Virus record (IMG/VR): IMGVR_UViG_3300010366_000029
Location: 1-36,375 of that record
DNA from: a virus
Taxonomy: Duplodnaviria > Caudoviricetes
Reading direction: 5' to 3' (one strand)
Length of the DNA: 36,375 bases
The position numbers and the translations under genes are program-made. This document shows, piece by piece, positions 9,677-17,524 of the stretch; position 1 is the first letter of the stretch; every line of letters begins with the position of its first letter. Below the pieces are notes generated by a model, which ran no database searches, was not told the DNA's origin, and worked only from the letters and a program-made list of their open reading frames with translations.

Positions 9677-10653
9677 GGCCTTGACCAGACCTCGGACCAC
9701 GCATCACGGATCCCACGGGTCGGCCGGTGGGTACGGCTCGCAGGCCCTAGTAGTACGAATCCCACCATGCGATTCGTCTGGAGCCGCAGCAGTCCGGCCT
9801 CTTTGGCACGTTCCCAACGGGTCAGGCTGCGCGCCTTTTCATTCAGTGCCAGGTTCTTCTGATCCGCTGGAAGTGTAGGCTGTGATGCCGCCCAGGAATA
9901 AAAGTCTGCCAGCACGCCAGGGATGAGATGCTGGACCTCAAGACCAAGAGGCAGTTGATCGCTATAGGTAAAATCCCCACGCATCGTATAAGCCGCGTAG
10001 GTGAGCATCTCGGACTGTGACGGATACGGGTAGACCTCGATCTGCCGGATATCGCCTGGTCCAGGTTCCACCTCTGCCACCATCCGAGGGATCGAGATCC
10101 CACCCGTGAAGAGCCCCCAACGATGGGGGTAGTTCAGCGTCAATTCGGTTTCAGAGAGAAATGACAAGGGAAGCCCAATGCGTGCCAGCACAAACGAGCC
10201 CTCGTCCAATTGATACACGTCAGGCGGGAGCTGGTGATAGCGTTCCACGAGAGTATAGGAGCGGTTGGAGACGGAGTTTTCGGCGAAAGGGGATTCCAGA
10301 ATAATACTGTGATGGGTGCGGGAGGCAATACGATACCACGCCGCCTGCACACGGATGAACCAGCCTTGTGGGAAGATGGCAGGCAACGTTTCCCACGCGG
10401 CTTGCGCGGTCGTATCCCCAGCCACGACCGTGGAGCCCCGTGTGGCACTGACCAGCCCTGCAGGCGGCGTGGCAACACCCTGACCAATAGGTGCAGGAAT
10501 CGACAGTTCACAGTTGCGCTTGAGAATAGCCACACGACGTTGCCCGAGCAGTTCATGTACGCGGTCATTGCACCACTGCACGGCCAGGGGCATAGGGACC
10601 GGCAGCGACGTTAACCCTTGGGCACGTCTGGCGACATCCTCAAACGTTGGCAT
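9673..10653 (-). CDS. head-tail adaptor-like virion protein with inserted beta domain
   Basis: MPTFEDVARRA start, YHQLPPD, IEVYPYPS motifs; AGGAG RBS. Confidence 0.65.
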   Translation of the reverse strand: MPTFEDVARRAQGLTSLPVPMPLAVQWCNDRVHELLGQRRVAILKRNCELSIPAPIGQGVATPPAGLVSATRGSTVVAGDTTAQAAWETLPAIFPQGWFIRVQAAWYRIASRTHHSIILESPFAENSVSNRSYTLVERYHQLPPDVYQLDEGSFVLARIGLPLSFLSETELTLNYPHRWGLFTGGISIPRMVAEVEPGPGDIRQIEVYPYPSQSEMLTYAAYTMRGDFTYSDQLPLGLEVQHLIPGVLADFYSWAASQPTLPADQKNLALNEKARSLTRWERAKEAGLLRLQTNRMVGFVLLGPASRTHRPTRGIRDAWSEVWSRP

Positions 10654-10662
10654 GTCTGTCTC

Positions 10663-10779
10663 CTAGCGCCAGGAGCGACGTTCCGTGTCTTTGGTACGCA
10701 GTGCTTGCGAGGCATACACAATCATCACGAGGATGCCACTGAGCATCCCCAACAGATACCACAACAAAGCCCGCCACAT
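10663..10779 (-). CDS. 38-aa single-pass membrane peptide
   Basis: MWRALLWYLLGMLSGILVMIVYASQALRTKDTERRSWR; TAATG coupling to the upstream stop. Confidence 0.55.
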   Translation of the reverse strand: MWRALLWYLLGMLSGILVMIVYASQALRTKDTERRSWR

Positions 10780-10949
10780 TAGCTACGCACCTTTTTCAGT
10801 CGGGGATTCGCCCGCTTCGCGGCTTTGGAGGCCTTGCGGGTACTACTCGCCAGGATGGCTCCAGCACGGGCTTCAGAGATTCCTTGCTTTTTTGCGATGG
10901 ACGCCTGGGCCTTTTTAAACCCAGGGTGACTCTTCCCCTTCGTCGCCAT
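10779..10949 (-). CDS. small highly basic phage protein
   Basis: GGAGGAG RBS; HPGFKKAQASIAKKQG...ANPRLKKV. Confidence 0.75.
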   Translation of the reverse strand: MATKGKSHPGFKKAQASIAKKQGISEARAGAILASSTRKASKAAKRANPRLKKVRS

Positions 10950-11106
10950 CGTCATCTCCTCCACAGAGATGCCATACGATAATCGCGTTCAGCATGTCGA
11001 TGGTCAGCGTGTCGCCCCACTGGAGTTGGGTCACCGCAGCGGCCCTCCGCCAGACCTGTTCCCGATACGCATACGCCTCGTCTTCCAGGTCCAGGGCGTC
11101 GCTCAC
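10915..11106 (-). CDS. small acidic hypothetical protein
   Basis: GTG start overlapping the upstream stop. Confidence 0.5.
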   Translation of the reverse strand: MSDALDLEDEAYAYREQVWRRAAAVTQLQWGDTLTIDMLNAIIVWHLCGGDDDGDEGEESPWV

Positions 11107-11261
11107 GGTTTCTTCTCATCGTAGACGGGGCGGATTCTTTGCCGATTCAATTCGTCTGCAATCTTGGGCGAGCGTTGCTGATCCCACTGCTTCTTGGGGA
11201 GTTTGCCTTCGTCTTTGGTTGACGACAAGACCTCAGACGGTGGCAGATTTCTTTTTGCCAT
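11103..11261 (-). CDS. small hypothetical protein (52 aa)
   Basis: MAKRNLPPSE...DEKKP; fills the gap between neighbours. Confidence 0.5.
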   Translation of the reverse strand: MAKRNLPPSEVLSSTKDEGKLPKKQWDQQRSPKIADELNRQRIRPVYDEKKP

Positions 11262-11415
11262 TCTTCTTTACCTTCTCAGGGAGCCCTTTGCGTGGCGTAC
11301 TGGCAAAGTCAACCAATTGTTCTTCAGACATGCCAGTACGGGTCTTCTTCCCGGCTCGCGCTCTGGCTAAGTCAGCCCCCATCATCTGTTGTTGAGCCTT
11401 AGACTTAGAAGGCAT
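11233..11415 (-). CDS. DUF3008-like small basic protein
   Basis: MPSKSKAQQ...MSEEQLVDFASTPRKGLPEKV resembles the DUF3008 pattern; GAGGAG RBS. Confidence 0.7.
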   Translation of the reverse strand: MPSKSKAQQQMMGADLARARAGKKTRTGMSEEQLVDFASTPRKGLPEKVKKNGKKKSATV

Positions 11416-11419
11416 AGCA

Positions 11420-11635
11420 CTACTCCTCGCGTTCATACCCAGGCGGGATGGCGATCAGCGGGTTGGCGTCCTGGTAGGCTTTCGCCTCGGCCATGACCCG
11501 CTGCACGATCAGATCCTTCTGGGCGTCCTCCAGCACATCAAAAATATACACGATCCACTGATCGGTCGGTGCCACGAGCTGCATCCCATCGGCCAGGCGT
11601 ATCCCGGTTAACCGGGGCATCTGCTGGGGCATCAT
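11420..11635 (-). CDS. hypothetical protein
   Basis: AGGAG RBS, tiles the operon. Confidence 0.6.
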   Translation of the reverse strand: MMPQQMPRLTGIRLADGMQLVAPTDQWIVYIFDVLEDAQKDLIVQRVMAEAKAYQDANPLIAIPPGYEREE

Positions 11636-11636
11636 G

Positions 11637-12410
11637 CTACAACTCCTGGGCAATCACCACCCAATCCAGGGTGAGTGTCATCGAGGCCCCCAGAATGCCG
11701 ATGAGAAATTGCATGGCATCCCCAGCCGCAATCGGCAGGTTGGCATCGCCAGCCTGCACAAAGCCGGTCGAGAGTTCCACGTTATCTTGATACACATGAA
11801 TATTGCCCGTGGGATCGACACGGAAGGCAATGATCGTGTACGTATTATCCGCCAGGACGGAGGTCACTTGTGCCCGTGCCGTGCCTGTCCCATCTTTCCT
11901 GGCCTGGAAACTCAGCCTGGGATCTGTCGAAGCCTTATAGAAAAACAGCCCATCAGCCGGATAGGTGCCTGTGACTGTTGGGCTGGTATCTGCCGTCCCA
12001 AACCCGAAGAACAATTCGGTCGTCAAAACCGTACCAAGTTTCACCCGTCCCGCACACCAGAGCTGTTTCCCAGCCACGTAGCGGATATTCTGCCCCGCAA
12101 TCGCCGAGCCCAGCGCCAGCGTGGGGTTACAGCTCGCCGTGGCATCGGCGGTCAGCACGATCTCGCCATTCCTGGCGTCGGAAATCCCGATGGATGCCAC
12201 ACCCGTGGTACCGCTGAGCGTCCAGCCCCCGGCAGAGCCTTCCGCCAGTGGTCCTTCCCATTGCAGGAAATGATTCGCATAGGACTGAATACCGAGGAGC
12301 CCATTGGGGCCGAGTTGGCCAATAATGCCGAGAGGCAAGCCGGTGAATTGTGCGCCCATGCCATCAGAATTAGGCGCAAAGACGATGGAATCTGAGAGGG
12401 CAGTGGGCAT
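11637..12410 (-). CDS. virion structural protein, beta-sandwich-like (possible capsid fibre or decoration)
   Basis: 257 aa, G/T/A-rich, GAGGAGG RBS, downstream of the capsid gene. Confidence 0.6.
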   Translation of the reverse strand: MPTALSDSIVFAPNSDGMGAQFTGLPLGIIGQLGPNGLLGIQSYANHFLQWEGPLAEGSAGGWTLSGTTGVASIGISDARNGEIVLTADATASCNPTLALGSAIAGQNIRYVAGKQLWCAGRVKLGTVLTTELFFGFGTADTSPTVTGTYPADGLFFYKASTDPRLSFQARKDGTGTARAQVTSVLADNTYTIIAFRVDPTGNIHVYQDNVELSTGFVQAGDANLPIAAGDAMQFLIGILGASMTLTLDWVVIAQEL

Positions 12411-12412
12411 AG

Positions 12413-12667
12413 CTAGTCCTCCTCGACGAGCGTCTCAACGCTCCCCACCTGGGCCAATGCAATTGCACGACGTAAGGCACGCACCCGTGCCCACACTTTG
12501 TCACGCGCCTGGAGTAGACGACTTATCTGTGTCTTACACTCATGGACCGCGAGCAGGTGCGGTTCCATCTGTACCGCCAGCACTTCATGCTCCATGTCGA
12601 AGCGCGATAACTCCTGCTCTGCCGTCGCCAGTTCAAGACGTTGCAACTCGATATCATCGTCAGCCAT
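12413..12667 (-). CDS. small coiled-coil protein
   Basis: GGAGG RBS; heptad-rich. Confidence 0.6.
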   Translation of the reverse strand: MADDDIELQRLELATAEQELSRFDMEHEVLAVQMEPHLLAVHECKTQISRLLQARDKVWARVRALRRAIALAQVGSVETLVEED

Positions 12668-12888
12668 CACGCCTCCCTCCCTAACGGTGCCACACAATAC
12701 GCTTCCAGTTCCTGGGCAAACTCAATAAGTTGTGCCGCCGTGACCGTATGCACCGCCTGCTTCGTGAGCACCTCTCCCGCGAGGCACAACAGGGACTCAC
12801 GAAGCAGACTGCGGCCCTCGGACAACTCAGCCGTGGACAAGGCGTCCTGCCTGGGAGGGATGGACCGAGGGGGCCGAGGGTGCGCCAT
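12667..12888 (-). CDS. hypothetical protein
   Basis: TAAGGA RBS just after the capsid stop. Confidence 0.55.
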   Translation of the reverse strand: MAHPRPPRSIPPRQDALSTAELSEGRSLLRESLLCLAGEVLTKQAVHTVTAAQLIEFAQELEAYCVAPLGREA

Positions 12889-12898
12889 AACTTAATCC

Positions 12899-15153
12899 TT
12901 ATCCAGTACTACCATAAACGCCTCTCCATTCATCCGCCTGTGAAGGTTCGTGTGATTGGTAGACTACATAAACGCAATTCCAAGTACGTGGCGGTTGTAT
13001 TAGCACCAGGGCTCTTTATCCCTGATTTCTGTACCTCTCGGCACAGCCTAGACCATATCACCATCCCAGAGGGATGCCGGGCACTCGTGGATGTTTCACC
13101 ATGGCGATACCGCTGTAGGCTACTCCATCTGGTCGTTGAACCTTCACCCTGTTTCCAGGGCGCTTGGCTGCTGATTGCCCATTGCTGATTGCGTGACAGC
13201 ATCCGTATGCTTTTTAAAACCCTCAAGGCTGTCATTACTGACTCCTTTGTGGTGCCTACGGCTTTAGGGTATTCCAGCAATTCACCCGGTTCTCACCTGA
13301 CGCTTACGCTGCCAGGGGGACTGTACTACTAATAGTACCATCGTCAAAGTAGTCAAAAACAGGACGCAATTGTTATCGCCCAAACTCTTTATTTTAGGCA
13401 TCTTACGGTCACCCGCAAGGTCAGACCATATCATAACCCTTATACAAGGGTTCCGGGCGCTCGTGGGCGGGTTATTCTTGGGAGTCACCGCCTGGTCGTT
13501 AGAGGTTCTGGAGAACCGTAGCCCTCTCCAGCTTCCTACGGGATTGTCTTGAAAGTGTTTGACGATCACTTGAAGATGTTCCCCGTTTCACCCGGTTTGC
13601 ACATGAGGCTTACGCCGCCATGGGGACCGTCTCTTGATCCATTATGGAAAAATTGAGATCATGTTCCCCCTTCTCCGCCATCGCGAACCAGGCCGTCTGG
13701 CTGGTGAGGTAATGGCTCAGGGAGTACGTGATGTCTTCCTGCATCAGCGCATTGATCTCGTTATTGGCCGTGAAAGGCTTACTCTCACTGCCTAACGTCT
13801 CACGCACTGTGGCCCAAAAGTTATAGTGACACATCACATGCCCCATGCTTTGCAGCACCGGGATGTTGCGCTCGTTGGTTTGCCCATGGAAATTGGTAAT
13901 CGCGGCTTGTATGCCGGTCAACCCAATCTGCGCCGAGGCTGAGTTAATGTTGCTTCTTGCGACACCATCGAGACCTACGTGGTTGGATGATACAAGAGCA
14001 GCACCATCAAATGTGGTATAAGCAGATGTCGAGAACGCGAAATTCAAAACATTATGTGCATCAACCTCTAACCTGTAATTCGATACTCTCCTTAGCTCGC
14101 TGGCTAGCATATCCATCACGCCATATAACTCGTCTGATTAGTCCTATAACTTTCGTTACAGGTCGGACTTTATCTTCGCTAAAGGCACGTACCGACCGTT
14201 GCTATCTTTCGGTCGCCCAATAACGTCAGGCTTAAAGTCTCTGAGGCGTTCCGTTACAATGTCGTGAAGTTCTTGATCACGGGCACCATGGTTATGCAGC
14301 AAACGACATTGGCTAAACAACCAAAGTTCGCGCTTTGTATATGGAGCATTTGCTGCTACCGAGAGCCGACTTTCACAGAACTCACGTGTCATAGATGCCT
14401 GGGGACGCTTGGTCACAAGATAAGGCTCGATCACATCAAGCAAGGCCTTCACACGCTTACAACCTTCCCACACATTCCTGTATGAAGCAGCCCATGTTGA
14501 TCGCCGCGACTTAAGCGATTGCTTATAACCAGGAGACGTGTAGCGCGAAGCAATATTCCTGGCATGATCAATGAAAATTTCATTGGTATTTGATAGCGTA
14601 ATAACAGGCTTAATACCAATTTTGCAAACATTACGCCTGTCCGCGTCAATCCCTCGACGCCGGAAGCCAGGAATACTAATTGAGCCTTCACCTTCAATCG
14701 CCGCCACGAGCCACCCCAGGTCAAATGCTTCTTGAAACGTTACTGCCTGCGGATTGTCCAATACAAAGGATTCTTGCATCATGAGCACCTTTGTCTCTCA
14801 GGATATCCCCGCATATTGCCCGATCCAGCGCCACGAGTTTGAACTATACTAGTTCAATTTGGACGCCACATTTCGTATGTGACCTCGAACCCGGAGCCAT
14901 AGGCAACTGCTGTATGCGTCTTGGCATTGCCCAAAATGGGGGAATCCATCGGGAACGCATTCCCCTCCGGTTTCATCCCCATCGGACCAAGACCGCTGAT
15001 CTGCCTATTATTATAGGCTTGCCATGGCATGTCTATCACATTCACCCATTGCGGAAATTCCAGTGGACGCCTCCGTCCGGTCTCCATGTACACCCGGTAA
15101 ATCCCAGGTGCCAGCAGTGCCGAGTAGGAGTTGGTACGGATCGGAATGGGCAT
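12899..15153 (-). CDS. major capsid protein (Mu gpT-like), spliced: exons 15153-14863, 14134-13637, 13366-13340, 12991-12899; 302 aa
   Basis: Joined exons read in frame: ...YGSGFEVTYEMWR|DELYGVMDML...HDLNFSIMD|RPVFDYFDD|PRTWNCVYVVYQSH...EWRGVYGSTG*; family motifs SGLG, KPEG, FDGAALVSSNH, YLTSQTAWF, WRGVYGS; AGGAGG RBS. Confidence 0.92.
12992..13339 (-). ncRNA. group I intron 3 (348 nt, ORF-less, IA-like)
   Basis: 5' exon ends GAU pairing GUC (U-G wobble); P AAUUGCUGGAA, Q AAUCAGCAG, R UCAACGACCAG, S UGAUAUGGUCU; P9 GAGA tetraloop; terminal G. Confidence 0.92.
13367..13636 (-). ncRNA. group I intron 2 (270 nt, ORF-less, IA-like)
   Basis: P1 GGAU/GUCC with U-G; P10 CGUC/GACG; P4 ACGGG/CCCGU; P7 GACCA/UGGUC; P3 CCGGGUG/CGCCCGG; P9 GUGA tetraloop; terminal G. 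Confidence 0.93.
14135..14862 (-). ncRNA. group I intron 1 (728 nt) carrying a homing endonuclease
   Basis: P 14817-14806, Q AAUCCGCAG 14755-14747, R UCAGAGACUUU 14244-14234, S AAGAUAAAGUCC 14176-14165; P1 GGCGU/GCGCU, P10 ACGAGUU/AACUCGU, P9 GAAA tetraloop; both boundaries could shift together by 1 nt. Confidence 0.92.
14156..14788 (-). CDS. intron-encoded single-motif LAGLIDADG homing endonuclease
   Basis: LGWLVAAIEGEGSISI motif, ITLSNTN, LLDVIEPYLVTKRPQA; start may be ATG 14782 or 14779. Confidence 0.88.
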   Translation of the reverse strand: MLMMQESFVLDNPQAVTFQEAFDLGWLVAAIEGEGSISIPGFRRRGIDADRRNVCKIGIKPVITLSNTNEIFIDHARNIASRYTSPGYKQSLKSRRSTWAASYRNVWEGCKRVKALLDVIEPYLVTKRPQASMTREFCESRLSVAANAPYTKRELWLFSQCRLLHNHGARDQELHDIVTERLRDFKPDVIGRPKDSNGRYVPLAKIKSDL

Positions 15154-15169
15154 ACGCTATGTCCTCCTG

Positions 15170-15643
15170 TTAGAGCGCGTTATCCAGTTGCAGCCAGGTA
15201 AAGGCCACGCGCCCTTGCACCGTACCGGCTGGATCAATCAACGATTCGACTCTGAGCCGCACCGCCGTGGTCTCGGCCAGGTCGATATACCACAGACCAC
15301 TCGTGCCATCCTTCGCTATCCCGTATCTCGTGCCACGCTGGGCCACGGCTGACGTACCCGTGCCAAACGAACCCGAGTTATCGACACAGCCTACCCACTG
15401 ATCTGGCGTGTCAATCCGGCTCATATAACAGTCCGTCGAGCCATAGCCCGCTGTGGCCATGTCCGACTGGGCAATCCCCAGGATGGTGTTGAGCGCCGGG
15501 TCCGCCGCCGCTTCCACAGCCAGACCAGCCGTGGCAATGACGGGCGAACCCACCCGGAAGCTCGTGGCTGCGGCCTTGGGCATATAGGCCGTCACGACGC
15601 CCAGACCATTGGGGCGATACGGTTGAATCGGAGTCAGGGCCAT
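15170..15643 (-). CDS. capsid decoration/cement-like protein
   Basis: 157 aa A/G/T-rich, immediately upstream of the capsid gene, AGGAGG RBS. Confidence 0.65.
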   Translation of the reverse strand: MALTPIQPYRPNGLGVVTAYMPKAAATSFRVGSPVIATAGLAVEAAADPALNTILGIAQSDMATAGYGSTDCYMSRIDTPDQWVGCVDNSGSFGTGTSAVAQRGTRYGIAKDGTSGLWYIDLAETTAVRLRVESLIDPAGTVQGRVAFTWLQLDNAL

Positions 15644-15652
15644 AGATGCCTC

Positions 15653-16438
15653 CTAAAGCATGCTGCGCCGTTGATTGCCATAGTTGAGATGGGCGGTGCC
15701 ATCACGGAGTTGCCGGTCGATGCGTTGATACGCCTTCTCGCGCTCACGGTTCTGAATGGCGAACCGTTGATACGCCATCTGCTGGGCTTCGGGGGAAAGC
15801 TGGTTCCAGTTGCCGATCACATTGACTTTGACGCCATGGCTCTGGGCAATTTCCAAGAGCCGATCGCCATTGTTCATATCACCGCGTTGACGCAAGGCTA
15901 AGGCGTGTTCATCACTGCGAATATCGATCCAGCGCTCGATCGGACACCACATGAGGACTGCCGTGCCTAAACGCCGATGCCCCGAAGGGTTCCTGGGCAC
16001 ATCAGGACATTCGGGATCATCGGCGTCCACAAACCGAAACCCCTCCATCTGCTTGCGATGGACGTGGCTGGTTTGCGTATCACGAATCCCACATTCCACC
16101 CAGCAGTAATGCCGATCGGCCTTGGCATTCGTAATGTCGGTCATCTCGTGCGCGCCTGCCGCGATCTCGTTGTCAGGCTGGAGGACGCGGGGATCAAGCA
16201 GACCAAACGCTTTGGCTTCGGCCTTTTTCTCGATGAGTTCCTGCAATTGATCGTTGCGCATGCGCAGGACTTCATCACGGCCATGACCAGGGGGCGGCAA
16301 CGCATCGGTGCCAGGAGATTCGTTGGGCACGTCACGCTTGCGGGTTTCAATGACCGGGGCAGCTGCTGCCCGTTGGATATCGTCTTTCGTCGCCACAGAG
16401 CTGCTCCTACCGTTGCGTCCGGCAGTGACACCGCCCAT
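15653..16438 (-). CDS. head-module hypothetical protein
   Basis: RHYCWV...EGFRFV...RRLGTAVLMWCP, a pattern typical of genes between scaffold and capsid; start uncertain. Confidence 0.6.
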   Translation of the reverse strand: MGGVTAGRNGRSSSVATKDDIQRAAAAPVIETRKRDVPNESPGTDALPPPGHGRDEVLRMRNDQLQELIEKKAEAKAFGLLDPRVLQPDNEIAAGAHEMTDITNAKADRHYCWVECGIRDTQTSHVHRKQMEGFRFVDADDPECPDVPRNPSGHRRLGTAVLMWCPIERWIDIRSDEHALALRQRGDMNNGDRLLEIAQSHGVKVNVIGNWNQLSPEAQQMAYQRFAIQNREREKAYQRIDRQLRDGTAHLNYGNQRRSML

Positions 16439-17300
16439 TGATAATCGGCCCGAAACACGTCTCACAGTTGCTTAAGTTGTGGATATTGGTCGAATAGGCC
16501 GAGGCTTCTTGCAGGTTATTCACTTTATAGTAGTTCTTGGCCCACTCATCAGGACTGCGTTTGCCCCAGAGAGCCGCACCACCACGCCAGGTCGCATCCG
16601 ACTTCAAAATGTCATTCCCGAACACGTTTTCCGGCGTCGGACCATCACTCGGCGTGCTCCTCCCAGGGGCACCCATGGCGTTGCGGTCGCGCTCAATCCT
16701 GACGGATTCTGCGGCGTCATGCGCCTTCACCTTGTCGATATTCCCACCGACGACGCTGCGATAGATGAGTTGCCGCATCTCCTGCGTGCGTTGATGCACG
16801 GGAATTTGCTGCATCGCCTGGTCAATGTCCTGCTTGAACAACTGGTAATAGGGCATCTCGTTGAGTGCCCGCTGGCCGACTTCGCCGCTGAGCTGGTCAT
16901 AGATCTGCAGCCCCTGCGTCTCGATGGTACGGAACCGGGGTTCCACCTCGTGTCGGACTTGGCGGGCCGCACGTTCAGCCACCGCCTGCATACGCTTCGA
17001 CACCTTGACGGCATCGCCCTGAAGGAGTGCCTGTTGATACTCTTCTTCGCTGATGTCGTCGATGGGCGGCTCGTAGGCAGACGGTGGCATAGACTGCTGT
17101 TGGTTGCCTTGCAGACCACTCGTCATCATGCCAGTGAACATCCCGGCCATCTGGTCAAGCTTGGAGTTGAGGGCTTTCACTTCGTCCAGCGCCCCATTGA
17201 AACGCGATTCGTCCACATAGCGCGGGGTGTCTGCTGGCGTGGCAGGCTCACCACCAGGCAAATACGGCCCAGGATCACGGTTGCGACTCCAGAACGGCAT
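16407..17300 (-). CDS. putative scaffolding protein with C-terminal Cys cluster
   Basis: Helical Q/E-rich protein between portal and capsid; GGAGGA RBS; ends CETC...CHC. Confidence 0.6.
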   Translation of the reverse strand: MPFWSRNRDPGPYLPGGEPATPADTPRYVDESRFNGALDEVKALNSKLDQMAGMFTGMMTSGLQGNQQQSMPPSAYEPPIDDISEEEYQQALLQGDAVKVSKRMQAVAERAARQVRHEVEPRFRTIETQGLQIYDQLSGEVGQRALNEMPYYQLFKQDIDQAMQQIPVHQRTQEMRQLIYRSVVGGNIDKVKAHDAAESVRIERDRNAMGAPGRSTPSDGPTPENVFGNDILKSDATWRGGAALWGKRSPDEWAKNYYKVNNLQEASAYSTNIHNLSNCETCFGPIINGRCHCRTQR

Positions 17301-17524
17301 TACGCTCGTCCTCCAGGTTGTGAGCGCTCATGGGCGCGTTTGTTATTCAAGGCAAAGGCTAAAATCTCGCGGTACGCCTCGCGTTTGCCTTTGAGCACCG
17401 GGATCTGGTCCAGCGCCACGTCAAGCGCCACCTGCGTACACAACGCCTCCTGGCTTTTGACCCACTGCACAAAGGCGTCATACGCCCGTGGCTGGGCCAC
17501 CAGGAGTGAGAGCCATTCTTCCAT
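17300..17524 (-). CDS. small protein following portal
   Basis: 74 aa helical, LKGKREAY; coupled to both neighbours. Confidence 0.65.
   Translation of the reverse strand: MEEWLSLLVAQPRAYDAFVQWVKSQEALCTQVALDVALDQIPVLKGKREAYREILAFALNNKRAHERSQPGGRA

Noticed and set aside
13330-13340. Alternative intron 3 junction through the repeated GTACT (giving DDGTWN)
   Set aside because: It cannot satisfy both a U-G 5' site and a terminal G; DD|PR satisfies both
12930-13569. ORFs 12930-13280 and 13282-13569 as proteins
   Set aside because: They are chance open frames over intron 3 and intron 2 ribozyme sequence, with no recognisable motif
12899-15153. Capsid pseudogene or intein-containing gene
   Set aside because: Interruptions contain in-frame stops and complete group I cores, and the exons rejoin exactly in frame
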